Part shown: positions 50,706 through 64,000 of the stretch, piece by piece
How positions within the stretch are numbered: the stretch's first letter is position 1
Layout: every line of letters begins with the position of its first letter
Source of the DNA: Lama guanicoe
Lineage: Eukaryota
Direction: 5' to 3'
Length of the DNA stretch: 64,000 nt
Assembly (NCBI GenBank): GCA_013239625.1
Contig: MU054098.1
Location: 1,284,042-1,348,041, forward strand
The notes under the pieces: generated by a model
The model's database searches: none
Told to the model about the DNA's origin: nothing
The model's input: only the letters and a program-made list of their open reading frames with translations
Program-made: the position numbers and the translations under genes

Positions 50706-52334
50706 CTCTGAAGTATAAAATAGATTTTATAAGTCCTTGCCTAGGTAAGGGATCCTGAATTCCTCTCAAGTTAGACACAGCAGGACTTCCAGAATAAGGA
50801 AATCCCTGTTGGTATGCATAGATAATTTGTATCAAATATGACAGATTTCCATAGTCCCCCCCCCCCAAAAATGTTTATTGAACAAGTGGGATGATTGGGT
50901 TCAGCCCATAGCATGGAGCCAAAAACTATCACAAGGGAAAGGAGGCATTGGCTTTACATTTCAGGATCACAGCAAACAGTTGAACTACTTCAACATAGGA
51001 AACATTCTCATGAGAACAAGTACTTGCTTCGCTTATCAATTTGGTGTGATGGTATGTCAAGTTCTGGTTTATAATCAAAAATCTGAGCTGAAGATGCAGC
51101 AGGTACTTAGATGAAGGAAAGGTGAAACATATATAAAGCAGAAAGAAAAAGAAAGTATATTATTGACTTTATTTCAATTTGCTTTTTTGAAGCCAATACA
51201 AAGAGCTGTCTAGAGTGTAGCCACAATTTAGCATAATTTGTAGCAAGGTTAGATTTAAAATCCTCAGGGTACTGTATTATGCTGAGAATGATTTAATAGA
51301 CTTTCAATGAATTGAAACTTTCTGTCCATGTTGCACCATTAGTTTCTCAATGGTGTGCAACTACTTGCCCCGCAGAATAATAAACCAGGAGAATTGGTCC
51401 TAGTTAAGAACTCTGACTATTGGATATTTCATTTTCTTTTTTTCTGAGCTTGTGCAGACTTCGATACCTTAATAAACAGAAACTACGGTGCATGTTTGAA
51501 CACAGAGAGAAGCTATCTTCGAGAATTGGAGCTATTGTTTTGAAGTTCTTTGTCCTTAAAATTCAAGAAACTTCTATTGTTTACCTACAAGTACCAAACA
51601 CTGCATACTGGCACACCCTGAAGCATAGCACAAAGCCCTCCCCACGGAAAACACCCAGAAACGCCAGTCATCCTCTGCTTGTATCACTGCTCTCTTTCCC
51701 TCCAGAACTTTTTCACAAAACCATAGCTGGCTATTAGCAAAATATAAAGAGTTTCCAGTGCATTTTTTATCACTTCCATATAATTCCACATTCACATCCA
51801 AAACTATGCAACCCTATAGCTGCCTAATTGCTACCCAAAGTTCCCTAGTGGAGTGCTTGGTTTTACCCTTATAAATCATGCCTCATACTTTACACATTGT
51901 TTAATTTCTCCATGAAACTTGACCTTGATGGTTTTCCATTCCTATGGGACCTGCCATCATCTAACTGGACCACTGGGAAGCAGTTGGACAAATTAAGACT
52001 TTAAAAAAAATGCATACTTTTTCAACTGAGAACTTCTGGATACAAAGAGAAATACTTTTTCTGATAGTGAAATTTCAGATGTAATGGGAAAAATTGGAAT
52101 GGAATAACATCAGTAAGATACCAAAATAGTTTTCTATTGTCATTCCTCACAGAAAATCAATTCTGACAATCACCCACGGATGAGAGTGTCTTAGTGGGAG
52201 TCTTGGAGTCCAGTGGAGAGGTTTAACAGGTTCCACACTGTTAAAGAAAAATCCTGAGATTGAATGCACTGAAGAGGGTAAGAAGAACAGTTTCATTTTG
52301 CTTGTAGCACCCTTACCCCAAGATGGAAAATAAA

Positions 52335-52855
52335 GAATATATGATGGAGTATTATTCAGCCATAAAAAAGAAGGATATTCTGCCATTTAGGACAATATGA
52401 TACTATGCTAAGCTAAATAAGCCAGGCCGAGAGAGAGAAATATTGTATAATCTCACTTATATGTGGAATCTAAAAGTAATTTTTTAAAGTCTGATTTATA
52501 GAAACAGAGAGTAGAATGGTGGTTGCCAGCGGCTGGAGGGTAGGAGAAATGGGCAGATGTTTGTCAAAGGGTACAAACTTTCATTCATAAGATGAATAAA
52601 TTCCAAATATACAATGTTCATCATGGTTACTATAGTTAATAATACTGTAATATATGGTTGAAATTGGTTAAGAAAACAGATCTTAAGCATTCTCACCACA
52701 TACAAGAAAGGTACGTATATGAAGCAATGGATGTGTTAATTAACTTGATTGTGGTAATCATTTTACAATATTATACACATTTCAGATCATCATGTTGTAC
52801 ACTTTAAATATATGCAATTTTATTTTTCAATTATACCTCAATGATGCTTGGGGGA
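52335..52855 (+). mobile_element. L1 (L1MA-like) 3' end
   Basis: tattcagccataaaaaagaagg...ctcacttatatgtggaatctaaaa...caattatacctcaat. Confidence 0.9.
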
Positions 52856-55374
52856 AAATGGGAAAGACTGATGTGTAAGATATTGCAAGGCAACTTTTAC
52901 CACCTGTGCCTGATGTCTCATCTTTTGCCCTGAAAACTGTTTTTAGTCTAAGTGACTTTTCAGTGTGTTAACAGTAAGGCATTTACCTTCTTTCAACTTG
53001 TCTGAGTATTCCTGCCTATTCTGCACTTTTAGAAGTCTAGAAGACCAGGTTTATGTCAGAGCATATGGCTTATGTTATCAAGAGGAAGGGATGTATACTT
53101 TCCTGTCATGTAAAGAACTTCAATTAGCAAATTTGTACCAACACTTTCTCTATAGCAAAATTATAAGATCAGTTTGGTATAGAGGAAGAAATACTGATCT
53201 AGGACTCAAGCCATGCCCCCTTGCTAGTTCTTCCTTTATAATGTGAAGAATTTGCATTAGAGGATCTCTAAATCTTCCCTCTGCTCCAATGTTTTACTAA
53301 ATGGCTAAGGCTTGTACCAATATTTCATTGAACAAATGTGCTCACATATACGGTTACATTAAGCTTTGAAAAACATTTAGAAATGGGAGATGCTGGGGTT
53401 TAAGTTTCTCTACCCAGATGTGTTTGTATTTAAACAGGAGAACCTAGGGGACAGAAATGTGTTTAAAAATCCAAAGTAATTTATATCTAATGCTGTAATG
53501 TTAAACATTATAACAAATGTGTGTGTGTGTGTACATTCTGGAGAAACTGAGCCCCTCAAATTTGACCACATGGTAGCTTTTGTCCATCTGTGAAGACAGC
53601 TTTATACAAGTCAAGTTCTACAAACTATAAAATGTGCAATTTGGGGGTAATTTTCCTACAGAATTACCACACATGTACTTCTTGTTATTTAAATGGTATG
53701 TATGTGCCTTTGGAGAATAACATATCTGGCGTAGAACTTTTAAGTTTGCTGTTGAAAAATCTCTACATCATCAGCAAAGAGACATGTGAGTACCCACTGA
53801 TGAACTGTAGGCATAAAGCTCAGAGAGACAAGGAACAGCTTTTCTTATGATTTTTTGGAATAATTTTTGTTTCAATCATTGTAATGTACACCTAGAGACT
53901 CAGTGGATACATTATGAATTAATAAGCAGAATGGACAGGAGATCATAGTTCTTTCTATGAAGAAAAATGGGGTTTGCACAAGAAAGAATAAATGAACACA
54001 CAAAAAGGACATTTCTTTAAAATGTTTTTTTTTAAGTAAATAGCAAATATTTTCTTTTCATGTGCTCTTTTTCAAAGTGCTGTTTGGAAAGTGGGAAGAA
54101 ATTTTTTTAAAAAAGCTCTCTAGCCACCTGAGATCAAAGTACCCAAGTACAATATTATCTAAACTGTTACACACAAATATGTTAGCTGGTAGTAAGAGGG
54201 ACTGCTGAAATCTCTCTCCTTGGTCACATCTACCAAATCCTTAAAATGGAATTGCTACATTTAAGGACAGATAATAAGCAGACATACATTTCCTAGTAAT
54301 CCCTGTTGTCTATGGTATACCCTTCTTTCGGCATCAAGTACCTAAGTCAATGGGAGGTCCTTTAATGAATGAAGGAGCTGAAGAATCTTCTATGGATAGT
54401 TAATGCAGGTGGTGGAAAATCCGGAGAATTCCCCCTATTCCACTATAAAGAACACTTTCTGAGGGTGTGTGAATAGAAAAATCACATCTGCTAAATACAG
54501 CTTCTCGCTCTCCTGGACCGAGCTAGATAGATGATGCTAATTCAGTTACTCTGGAATTCCTTTTCCTAAGATCTGCAGACAGTTCCAGCACCAAAGTTTT
54601 ACAACACTATGTGTCATAGCCTGATGGACATTTACATTTTACTCCTCTTAATGAAGTGGGGTGATAGTGCCTTAGATCAAGTTCTAGGAGAAACCCTAGT
54701 CAAAATAACATTTACAATTCATCTGTTATGGTAGAGGACTTCTGCATATGAGTAAACTAATCTATTTCACATTGATCTTAATCAGTGAAAGGTTTGAAGA
54801 ATGATATTTATGCGACCTTCTCTCATAATTTCTGAGTTACACCCTAATTAGAGTCTGTAGCCCTCATCTGTAATAATTAATTAGCCAGTAGTCAACACTT
54901 AAGCAGGTGCTTTGAGCTGTATAGTCAATGATAAGGACTGACTTTTATTCAGAATCTGCCATAGTCTTTAACCAAATTCCTCCAGACAGTTAGGTCTGGG
55001 TCCAGTGGAATTAGTGGCCCTATAAGACAGTGCAGCTAGCCTTCTGTCATGGCAGGTTTCCAAAAATCATTAATCACCAGAAAACTTAATCAGATTACAA
55101 CTAAATTGTTGACTTAGACTTCACAAATGATTAGACCTTAAATGTGCAATGCCTGACTATTGAGTGAACATCTGTACAACTAGCAGGACTACGTTATCCA
55201 TCCTCCATTATCTCCTCTTCCACCTATTGACTTAAGGTAGCAGTAGAAACAGGACAGATTATTCGTTTATTTGGAAATCTGTATCAGTTCAGTTCCATAA
55301 CCACTGTTGATAGACGTTATACATATAAGCTCTTTAGAAGCATTTCTACCTAATATCATTACCAAAAGCTAATT

Positions 55375-55645
55375 AAGTGTATTTGTTCATTAAGCATAGC
55401 ATCCACTATGTACCAGGAATAATGTTAGGTATCAGAGCTGTGGGATGAACAAGGGAAACAAAAGGTGCCTACCTTGTAGCTGCACACAATCCAGTTGGAC
55501 AAACAGCAAACATTAGAACAATTACAAATGCTGGGAAATAATAAAAGGTAAATTAGAGTACATAAAGTGTGATGTGTAATGATGGAGGATAAGATATGGC
55601 TTCCAGGAAATAAGAGTCTAAACTGAGATCTGAAGAATATCAAAT
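55375..55645 (-). mobile_element. L2 3' fragment
   Basis: ccactatgtaccagg...gatgaacaag...taaactgagatctgaaga. Confidence 0.7.
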
Positions 55646-58144
55646 CTGATGGAGGAAAATCTATTCATTTGAAGGAATAGACTGGATACTTGAGTCAATC
55701 TAGTGTAGCTTCCACGTAGACATAGTCATGGGAATTAGTCTTTTTGGAGTAGATATTCTAGAGAAAGAGTGGTTTAATGAAAAGAGGAATGAAGTGTGAG
55801 ACAAAAGACAGGTTAAATGATGGATACTTGACATGTATTATTGCTAAACTTCAAAACTAGTTTGCAGCATATATATTCATATATATATATATATATTTCT
55901 ACTTCTGTTTTACTATGAATTTGGATAAGGTTGACCCTCAGTCTCTTCTATAAACTGGGAATAATATTAATACTGCTAGCAATCACTTTGTAAAATTTAA
56001 ATTGCTGCCCCAGTTTAAGGTATTATTATTATTATTTGTGAAATTTGGGGTAATACTAACTAAAGAACCAAGTGATGAATGTTTTTATTTGTTTGCCTTA
56101 AGGTTATAATATATCTTTAAAAATCTTTGTACATTAGAATTATCCCTAGAGGGAAACAAAAATGTCCACTTCTAGGAGACTAAAAACACATTAAAATTAG
56201 GGACAGATTAAGATGACTGAGGTTTAATTCAAAAGGTAGTGGATGAATGTAAATTACCTTTCAAAATACTTTCCAACACAATGCCATAATAATGTTCAGT
56301 TATGCTTTAAAACTTTCCAACATAATTTATCACCATCATGAAGGAACATATTATCAGTTGCTTGCTGATACAATAATACTGACACTTGTCACACAAGGCA
56401 AAACGGCTACAATCTGTTTGTCACATCATGAAAGTGTGTTGAATGCCAAAACATTGAAGTAAAACAAATGGCAGCTTTGGAAATTCTAATTCTAACATGT
56501 CCTTCGAAAAATTATCTTGTATCAGGATTATACACCACCTGGTGAACCAATGCCCCAAATGATGATTGAGTGGTTATCTATTAACAGATGTGCAAATAAC
56601 CTGTTACTGGAGAGTAGCTGGTGGGAATAAATTGGCAATCATAATTGGACAATCATAAGCTGGTTCACTGGTTGATAACACCTACCAGCCAAGGTACTTG
56701 AATTTACATTGTCTGGTTTTTTAAATTCCAGAGTTTTTATGGTGGAAAATGGAGTTTGAAAAATGACAGTAATTTCTTTGCTCTTGCAACTGAATAATCA
56801 TTTGCTTTTTCATATTTAAGAAAATTATCAATACTTATTCTTGTGAGCATAAACACATTTGAGAAGTTAGATTAAGTCTACATTCATTTCAAAAGTATAA
56901 TCTTCTTTTAATTTTAATTATAATACAGTAATAATTAACCCTCCACAAGTAAAATATAATTTACTGCCATTTACTTTGCATCCTGATAAATGCAAATCTG
57001 TTAGGGCAATCACATAAGGATTGTGTGTTTTAAAGGTGAAATCAGTGGTAAGTAGGCTGTGAAAAGATTACATTTCTATTGCATTTTGGATGGATGTCTT
57101 GCTTGTTTGAGTATGTTCAATAGCTATCTGAAATACATTCATTATAATGGGAGTTAGTTACCAGTGTGTGTCCTAAAAATTCCAACTGATGCATTTGAAG
57201 CAAAGTTTTGAGAAGTGAAGCAGAGATTGAGATATTCAAGGGGAGGGGACCTAATGTAGCTGAAATAGCCACAGGCCGAGTACGAGGAAGACTAACTTCT
57301 GGTCCACATTACTGTTAACACATGCTTGACTTGGCTTTATTCACCAGTTAAATGAGAAATTTAGACTAGATTTCTAATATAATTTCAGTAATTATATTCT
57401 ATATTTCTATTGCTAGAAATTTTTCTGATGGCCCATATTTTCCAATGGTGAGGCCTAGAAAATCACGCACATAGTTTTTTAAGGCTCTATGAACTAACAG
57501 AGCTATCGCAGCAGGGAAAATCCTTCTGTCTTAGATAGGAAAATGACCAATCTATGGAGAGCTTAACAGAAATCAAAATTTAGAAAATAGAAAGAACTAC
57601 AGATCTCAAAAGAGAGGGGTGCACATGATTTTTTATTTGAAATATACTCTTTGGGGAGACAGATACGTAGATCGATAGTGATTTTGAGTGCAATTGTTTT
57701 TTTGTTTGTTTAATATGATGGAAATCACTTCATATTTGGAAATAAGAATCTAGATCTTACTCCCAGTTACATTAGACATCAAGCAAGTAAATGGTTCTTG
57801 CATTTTTCCTTTTTTTTGGAGTATAAAAAGGGAATCTCAAACTCAACAAGTTGTATAAATATTTCACATTCCAACATATGATATCAGACTCAAAAACTTA
57901 TTCTACATTATGCTTTAACCTCTGTTTTAAACTTCCTTGCATAAATACATAATAAATGTCTGATGGTGGGAATACTTTCTTGTCCTGTGAACTCAAAATA
58001 AACCAACCAAGTCTCAGCTCTTCCCACATGGAAGAGAAACTACTGGGAGTATAATCTAATATGAACAGGCTATTGAAACTCATGGAAAACTAAACTGAAG
58101 TTGAGATCAATACGAGAAAAAAAAGCAGGTAAGGTATATCTTAG

Positions 58145-58529
58145 TGTGTCAGATCATTCAGGCTGTTACTTTAAAAAAACAACAACAAAACAAAACAAAA
58201 CAAAACACACCACGGACTGGGTAGCTCATAAACAACAGAAACCAATTTGTCATAGTTCTGGAAGCTAGCAGCCCCAGATCAGAGTACCAGCATAGTCTCT
58301 TCATAATCTCTTCCTGGTTGCAGACATCTCCTTACATCCTTACATGGTAGAAGGGGTTAGGGAGCTTAGTGGGATCTCTTTTGTAAGGGTACTAATTCCC
58401 ATTTATGAGGGTTCTGTTCTTATAACCTAATCATCACTCAAAGGACCCACTTACTAATGCCATCACCTTTGAGGGTTAGGATTTCAAACATATGAATTTA
58501 GTGGGGACACAAACATTCAGACATTAGCA
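58145..58529 (-). mobile_element. MaLR solo LTR (MLT1A-like) containing a (CAAAA)n tract
   Basis: TG...CA; ggggacacaaacattcagacattagca; taagggtactaattcccatttatgaggg. Confidence 0.9.
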
Positions 58530-58589
58530 CATGGGAAAAAAGCCACATTACTTTAACATTTCATGAAAACAAGAAGGAATCTTAGAGTT

Positions 58590-60832
58590 GAGAAACTAGG
58601 AAAGCTTCTGTGTTCCTCTTAGAGTACAGGAAAATGATCTCACTTAAACAAGAGAAATATAGGGTGGCAGCAGACTTCTCTTTGGGAAAAGGCAAGGTAG
58701 AAAGTTATACAGCAACATGTTTAAAGTATTAAAAGATTTTAGAAAGCTCTGACAAACTGGAATTTCTAACTAGTGAAAGTATCTTGCAATAATGACAATG
58801 AAAAATTTTGTCAAACAAAAGCTGTAAGATTTCATCACCAGCAGACCTAAATTATAGGAAACAAAAGAGGTCCTTTAGGCCAAATGAAAATGAAACCAGA
58901 CAGAAATATGAATCTATGAAAAGTAATGAAAAGCATGGAAATGATAAATATGTGAGAATATATAACAAGTGTTTTGCTTTAAATATCTAATTGATTATTT
59001 TAAGCAAAATATTAACAATGTATTATGGGGGTTATACGAAATGAAGATGTAGAATGTTTGACAGCAATTGCCGAAAAGCCACAAGGAGAAAAAAATGGAA
59101 ATCTACTATTATAAGGTTCCTATATTATACATGAAGTAATAAAATATCACTTGAAGATCATAAGTTAAAGAAGTAATACTGTAAATGCTGAAGGAGCCAC
59201 AAAATGCCAATAAAACAAATAAGTGGAAATGCTTATGGCCTATCATTTTTGCCTCACACCATATACAGAAATTCACTCAAAATTCGTAACACATCTAAAT
59301 GTAAGGCTTCTTAAGATACAGAATTTTTCAAAAAGATCAACAAACTGCACATTCTCAAAATTAGAAAAAAAGCCTTTATTCTTCAAAAGAATGGTTAGAA
59401 AAAAATTTTGGAGTAAAAGAAATACTTGCAAAATTTATATCTGACAAAGGACATGTATCTGAAATATATAAAGAATGCTTTCAACTTGGTTATACAAATA
59501 CAAACAATCTAATTAAAAATAGGCTAAAGATTGTAACAGACATTTAATCAGAAAAGACATACAGATGGAAAATATGCTCATGAAAAGATACTTAATGTCA
59601 TGAGTCATTTAGGAAATACAAATTAAAACCACAAGGAAGGAACATTATACTCCAACTTGAGTGTCGTATTTAAAAGCTTCACTATAATAAGAGTCAGCAA
59701 GAACGTGGAGCAACTAGAACACTCTTTCATTGCTGGTAGGAATATAAAATGCTACTAATACTGGAAATAATTTGGTGGTTTCTTAAAAATTTGAATATAC
59801 ACCTACCATAAATCTTAGCCATCTCACTCCTAGGTATTTCCCCAAGAAAGATGAAATGCTGGACAAAGACAAAAATTTGCTTTGATATGAATGACCAGAA
59901 AACCAAGTGCAAAAAAAAAATAATAATCAACTAAAAATTGTTTGTATTTTGGAGTTTACATATATGAAAGTGAAATTTTTGCACAATAGCACGATGATTT
60001 GGAGAATAGTAAATGCTGTTATAATCTTCTAAGTTTCTTACATTATAAGCAAAATGGCATAATAAGAATTTAGTGTATATTGAAGTAAGTTGAGGATTTA
60101 AACAATAAAGCAATCATAAAAAGGAATTGTAGCTAAACCCAATGAAAGAGTTGAAATTGAATTTAAGAAGGCCTAAATAAATGGAGAGATATGTTCATGG
60201 ATAGGAGAAATTAATATTAAAGGTATTGTTCTCCTTACATTTATCAGTAGAGTCAATATACTCCTCTCAAAGATCCTGCAGGCTTTTTCTTTTTAAAAAT
60301 CGACACCCCGATTCTAAAGTTTATTTAGAAATGCAAATAATCTGAAATAGCCAGGAAAATATACTGTATATGAAGTGCAAATTTTGATGACTTAGCACTA
60401 TCTGATTTCAAGATATCTATAAAGCTACAACAATTAGGACATTGTGGGATTGGAGCAAAGGAACAGAATAGAATGTCAGAAATAAATCCATACACATCAT
60501 CTGATTTTCAATTAACTTCCAAATTCAGTGCACTAGAGAAAGAAAATGTTTTGCAATAAATGGTACTGCAACAGAATATCCACAGGGAAGAGAAAGGGAC
60601 TCTACCTTCTACTATATACCAAAATTATTTTGATGTCTAACATTATACATCTAAATGTAAAAATCTAACATTTGAAAGTTTCCAGCATAGAATATAAGAA
60701 AAAATTCTGATAGAAGATATAAGAATGGAAATTAAACATTAAAATGTTCTCAACACCATTATTCATCAATGAAATATAAAGTAAAATATAGTGAGATACC
60801 ACAACTTGCTAGAATTTCAAGTCAAAAAGACT
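58590..60832 (+). mobile_element. Cluster of ancient L1 fragments (ORF1-region and ORF2, L1M/L1ME-like)
   Basis: catcaccagcagacct, atatctgacaaaggac, taaataaatggagagatat; diverged and rearranged. Confidence 0.7.
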
Positions 60833-63351
60833 AAACAAGGCAAGGATGTTCACTCTCCTTACTTTTACTCAAAATAGTACTGAAAGCCCTTGCTATAGCA
60901 ATAAAGTAAAAAAATACATACAGGTTAGAAAGGGCACAATAAAACTTTCCTTATTTACAGATGACAAAATTATCTATGAAAAAAATTCATAGAAATTACA
61001 CAAAATTCCTAGAACTAATAAGTGAGTTCAGCGAAGTTACAGGATACAAGAACAATACACAGAAATTTATCTTATTTCTATATTCTAGCAATGAACATGT
61101 AAAAACTAAAATGTAAAGCACAATACCATTTACAACTGAGCTAAACAAATACTTTAGTATAAAGTTAACATAATTATGAGAACTGTATGCTATAGAGAAC
61201 AAATAGGTATATACATTTAATGCAAACCTTATCCAAATTCCATCAAGATTTCAAGGTAGATATTGACAAGCTTAATCTAAAACTCATATGGAGAATTAGT
61301 AAGAATTCTACCTGATGTCAAAACTTGCTATACAGCTATAGAATCAAGAGAGTACGTTACTGGCTGAAGGATGAATACACAGATCAATGCAACAGGAAAG
61401 ACAGCCAGAAATAGACCCACACAAATACCCCAAGATGATTTTGGACAAAGTTGCAAAAACAATTCAATGGAGGAAAGGTAATCTTCTCAACAAATGCTGC
61501 TGGAACATTTTAGAAATCCACAAGTAAAAAATAAACCTCAACATAAAGCTCTCACATTATACACAATTAAAAATGGATCATGAATTTAAATGCAAAATGT
61601 GAAACCATAAAACATTTAGAAGAACTCTTAGAAAAAAATCTTTGGAAGCTAAGGCTAGATGATCAGTTCTCAGACATGACACAAAAGGCATGATCTAAAA
61701 AAAGGACACATAATAAATTCAACTTTACCAAAATTAAAAACTTTTGCTTTGAAAAAGATTCTGTTTAGTGGATGAAGAAACAAGCCACAGATCTGGGGGG
61801 AAATATTTGCAAACCACATGTCTAACAAAGGACTTACAGTTAAATCTAGCATATATAAAGGACTCTCAAAACTCAGCAATAAAACAACCAAAAAGATCCA
61901 ATTAGATAATCTGCAAAAGATGTGAAAAGACACTTCACTGAAGAGTATGTATGGATGGCAAATAAGCATACGAAAAGATGTTCAACATCACCTAAGAATA
62001 GCTAAAGTAAAAAAAAAATTGATAATACCAAATGCTGATAAGGATGCAGAGAAACAATTGTGCATATATTGCTACTGGGAATGTAAAATGGTACAGCCAC
62101 TCTGAAAAATAGTTTGGCAATTTCTTATAAAACTAAATATACAGTCGCCATACAAACCAGTAATTGCACTCTTGGGCATTTATTCCAGGGAGATGAAAAC
62201 TAAACTCACATTTGCTAAAAAATATATGTATGAAACTTCACAATATGTCTATTTATGACACAAAAACTGGAAACAGCCCAGTTGTCCTTTGACAGTTGCA
62301 TGGTATAGGGGAGGTATATGGTTTTTCAGCTGGGCCCAAGAATTCAATTGACATAAGACAGATTAATAGGAGGAAAGTTGACAAATTAATGTAAATTTTA
62401 TATGACACGGGAGCCTTCATATGGAATGAAGACACAAAGAAATGGCAAAACCGACATGCTTTTATATTGGGTTGAATAAAGAGAGGCAATTGTGGAAAAG
62501 TAACTCAACTATGTGGAGAGGCTAAAGGTAGGTAAGAACTATTTTAAAAGGCCTGCTTATACAGAATTTTCTTGGCTTTATCTCGTTGTCAAAGAGTGCT
62601 TCTTTTTTTCTTGGTATAGTGAGGGCCTCTTTCACATGGGAATTTTTATCTCTTGCTTTCAGGAAGAAGAGGGGAGATTAGAGTGCTCTTCTTGCATCTG
62701 CTGTTTTACAAGTGCTTTTAGCTAAAATAATCCTTATGCCAAAGTGGCATATTTCAGGGTGGTATATTCTGCCACCCTTCAATGGGTAAACAAATTGTCA
62801 TATCTATATTATGGAATGCTACTCTTCAATAAAATAAAGGAACTACTGAAACATGCAACAACTTAAATGCATCTCAAGGACATTATGTGTAGTGAAAAAG
62901 CCAATCTCAGAAGCTCACCATTTACATAATATATTTGAAATGACAAAATTATAGACATTGAGAGTGGATTAGTGGTTTCTAGAGCACGATGTTGGGGTGG
63001 GAACACTAAAAACAAGCATGGGGGGAGTTCCTCTGTGGTTATGGAACAGTTTTGTATCTCGACTGTGGTTGTCATTACACATGGGATATAACTTCACAGA
63101 ACTTTATCCACACATGCACGTGCGCGCACACACACACTCAAGTGAGTGCATGTATAACTGGTAAAAATAGAATAAAGTCTGTCGTTTATTTAACAGTATT
63201 GTATCAATGTTAATGTATAATTGTGACATTATACTACATTATGTTAGATATAATCAGTTGTGGAAGCTGAGTGAAAGGTCATAGCATTATATTTACTCTT
63301 TTTCTAACTTCTTGCAAGTTTATAATTATTTCAAAATAAAAAGTTTAAGAA
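60833..63351 (+). mobile_element. 5'-truncated L1 (L1MD-like) inserted in an older L1; itself interrupted by an LTR
   Basis: RT region (acaaggcaaggatgttcactctc, ttatttacagatgac) through 3'UTR; flanking aaaaagact at 60824-60832 and 63352-63360. Confidence 0.85.
62304..62781 (-). mobile_element. ERV1 solo LTR, MER34-like, with perfect 4-bp TSD
   Basis: Reverse complement starts tgaagggtggcagaatataccaccctgaaatatgccactttggcataaggattatttt; TSD atgg at 62300-62303 and 62782-62785. Confidence 0.9.
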
Positions 63352-64000
63352 AAAAAGACTGAGGAAAACAACTGTTAGTAAGGATGTAGAGCAAGTGGAA
63401 CTCTCAAATCTTACTAGTGATGTTAAGAACGCTACAAAGACTTTGGATTATAATATTGGCAGTCTCTTGAAAACTTAAATAATTAACTACCTTTGATGCA
63501 GGAATTCTATTGCAAGAGAAATGAAAATACGTATATACAAAAAAAGACTTTTACAATGACATTCAAAGTAGCCTTGTTCCTACTATCCCAGAACTAGAAA
63601 CAACCCAACTGTCCATCAACAGGAGAATGGGTAACCAAATTGTCAAGTATTCACACAGTGGGATGCTATTCAGCAATAAAAAGGCATTAACTACTGATAC
63701 AACACCATGGATTCATCTTCAAAATATGTTAAGCATAAAAAGCCAGACACAATGGAGCATAAACTGTATGATTCCCTTTATATGAAATCTGAAGGCAAGC
63801 AAAAACAAACCATGGTGAAAAAAAAATTCAGAACAATGATTGCCCGTGGGTGGGGAAATTTAATTTTAATGGGGCACAAGGGAACTTTGAAGGAAATGGA
63901 AATGTTCTTTATCTTGTTTTGGTTGATGGTTACATGAATTAATATTATCAAAACTCAGTGAACTGTGTAATTAGGATCTATGCATGTTAATGTGTCAAGC
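63352..64000 (+). mobile_element. Ancient L1 (L1ME-like) 3' part, resuming the element cut at 60832
   Basis: gtaaggatgtagagcaagtggaactctc...aactagaaacaacccaactgtccatcaacaggagaatgg. Confidence 0.85.

Noticed and set aside
51500..51543. TERSYLRELELL resembling a RhoGEF DH-domain first helix
   Set aside because: Only about 12 residues, followed almost at once by TGA, with no other DH segments
56555..56680. C/D snoRNA (ATGATGA C-box-like)
   Set aside because: No CTGA D box or terminal stem at a suitable distance
63110..63140. Alternating purine-pyrimidine (Z-DNA-like) tract
   Set aside because: Ordinary CA-rich tract of this L1 3'UTR type
1..64000. A novel multi-gene system, operon or CRISPR-type locus
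   Set aside because: Mammalian repeat-rich DNA; the longest ORF is 157 aa and lies in an L1; no repeat-spacer arrays

Overview
AT-rich eutherian mammalian genomic DNA, intergenic or deep intronic. It is most likely camelid (alpaca/camel): the L1 3' end at 1-415 looks camelid, and I see no Alu, rodent, Can-SINE, PRE-1, Bov-A/Bov-tA or CHR-2 SINEs. I recognise no intact protein-coding gene, tRNA/rRNA, CRISPR array or prokaryotic system. The ORF track is explained by L1/LTR fragments, microsatellites and chance short ORFs. Roughly half of the window is transposon fossil: L1 of several ages, L2, MIR, Tigger1, MER5/MER45A/MER103C, MaLR LTRs, MER41-like and MER34-like solo LTRs, and an LTR16/ERVL remnant. 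The clearest non-TE feature is a decayed H2AX retro-pseudogene (5257-5698, minus) that starts at the mRNA 5' end but stops before the SQEY tail. Other leads are a MER41-like LTR with a STAT-type site, an RFX X-box between two CCAAT boxes (27.4 kb), and two CpG-retaining patches (41.3-41.8 kb, 44.0-44.2 kb) that may mark an unannotated promoter. Repeat family names come from recalled consensus sequences, not a database search. Boundaries are approximate unless a TSD or TIR is quoted.
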